NCBI GenBank assembly: GCA_002296185.1
Contig: DBHM01000006.1
Span: 1,091 to 65,090 of the forward strand
DNA: 64,000 nucleotides
DNA from: Alphaproteobacteria bacterium UBA828
Lineage (GTDB): Bacteria > Pseudomonadota > Alphaproteobacteria > UBA828
Direction of reading: 5' to 3'
This document shows positions 63,826 to 64,000 of the stretch, in pieces. The notes beneath the pieces are model-generated. The model saw only the letters and a list, made by a program, of their open reading frames with translations, did not search any database and was not told the origin of the DNA. Positions within the stretch are counted from its first letter, which is position 1. Every line of letters begins with the position of its first letter. A program made the translations under genes and the position numbers.

Positions 63826-64000
63826 ATGAATAAGATAAAAGTGGCTAAACCAATTGTAGAGCTAGACGGTGACGAAATGACCCGCATATTATGGGATTGG
63901 ATCAAAGACCGGCTTATTTACCCTTATTTAGATATAGATCTGCACTATTATGATCTAGGCATTGAATATCGGGACAAGACAGAGGACCAAGTAACTGTAG
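63826..64000 (+). CDS. icd: NADP-dependent isocitrate dehydrogenase (homodimeric, eukaryote-like type); 5' part only
   Basis: Not in the ORF track because it runs off the window. My translation from ATG 63826 reads [58 protein letters not shown], the classic N-terminus of this IDH type. Confidence 0.85.
   Translation, partial: MNKIKVAKPIVELDGDEMTRILWDWIKDRLIYPYLDIDLHYYDLGIEYRDKTEDQVTV

Noticed and set aside
1-64000. CRISPR arrays, tRNA or rRNA genes, and long tandem or interspersed repeats.
   Set aside because: Reading the intergenic spacers revealed no regularly spaced repeat arrays, no T-loop/acceptor-like tRNA signatures and no rRNA-like stretches. Only short hairpins and a (TTTAA)x4 microsatellite were found. 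A manual scan is not exhaustive, so tRNAscan or a repeat finder should confirm this.

Overview
The window is AT-rich and densely coding, about 60 genes. No rRNA, tRNA, CRISPR array, transposase or integrase was recognised by eye. It looks Gram-negative: there is a twin-arginine signal on a periplasmic binding protein and a lipobox on an OmpA-family protein. The partial isocitrate dehydrogenase at the 3' end is of the type I associate with Alphaproteobacteria, so a marine-type alphaproteobacterium is plausible, but that is inference only. All calls come from reading the supplied translations and the DNA; no searches were run.

Layout:
- 1-10 kb: SDR, alpha/beta hydrolase, acyl-CoA ligase, pxpABC 5-oxoprolinase, an amidase-signature enzyme and malate synthase G.
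- 10-13.4 kb: a three-gene glxBCD / N-methylglutamate-synthase-like set.
- 13.7-21 kb: a DksA/TraR zinc finger, a LarA-N-domain-like protein, hyuAB-type ATP-dependent hydantoinase/lactamase and a divergent class III aminotransferase.
- 21-26.4 kb: a complete, translationally coupled coenzyme F420 operon (cofG-cofH-cofD-cofC-cofE-npdG).
- 26.7-31 kb: two LLM-class oxidoreductases, a second class III aminotransferase and a PPOX-class protein.
- 31-43.4 kb: a nitrilase-superfamily formamidase/aliphatic amidase. It is followed by a roughly 9-kb co-directional string encoding a Tat-exported Urt/Fmd-type ABC importer, a two-subunit N,N-dimethylformamidase-like enzyme and an oxygenase with a non-canonical Rieske site.
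- 43.7-49 kb: a TPR/2OG-oxygenase protein, a NicO-type nickel/cobalt transporter and a tight operon of prolyl-hydroxylase-like oxygenase, LarE-like PP-loop ATPase and an LLM oxidoreductase.
- 49-54.6 kb: an orphan PstS-like binding protein, a PPOX-like protein, an OmpA lipoprotein, an SMP-30 lactonase-like protein and an orphan UrtDE-like ATPase pair.
- 54.9-59.4 kb: a cysteine-less HMG-CoA-synthase-like::DUF35 fusion, an SCPx-type thiolase, a hydratase-2 and an MFE-2-type dehydrogenase.
- 59.5-64 kb: housekeeping and miscellaneous genes.

Best candidates for something undescribed:
- the importer-linked DMFase-like operon;
- the F420 regulon in this genomic background;
- the catalytically dead HMGCS-like::DUF35 scaffold next to a peroxisome-type beta-oxidation module;
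- the 2OG-oxygenase/LarE-like/LLM operon.
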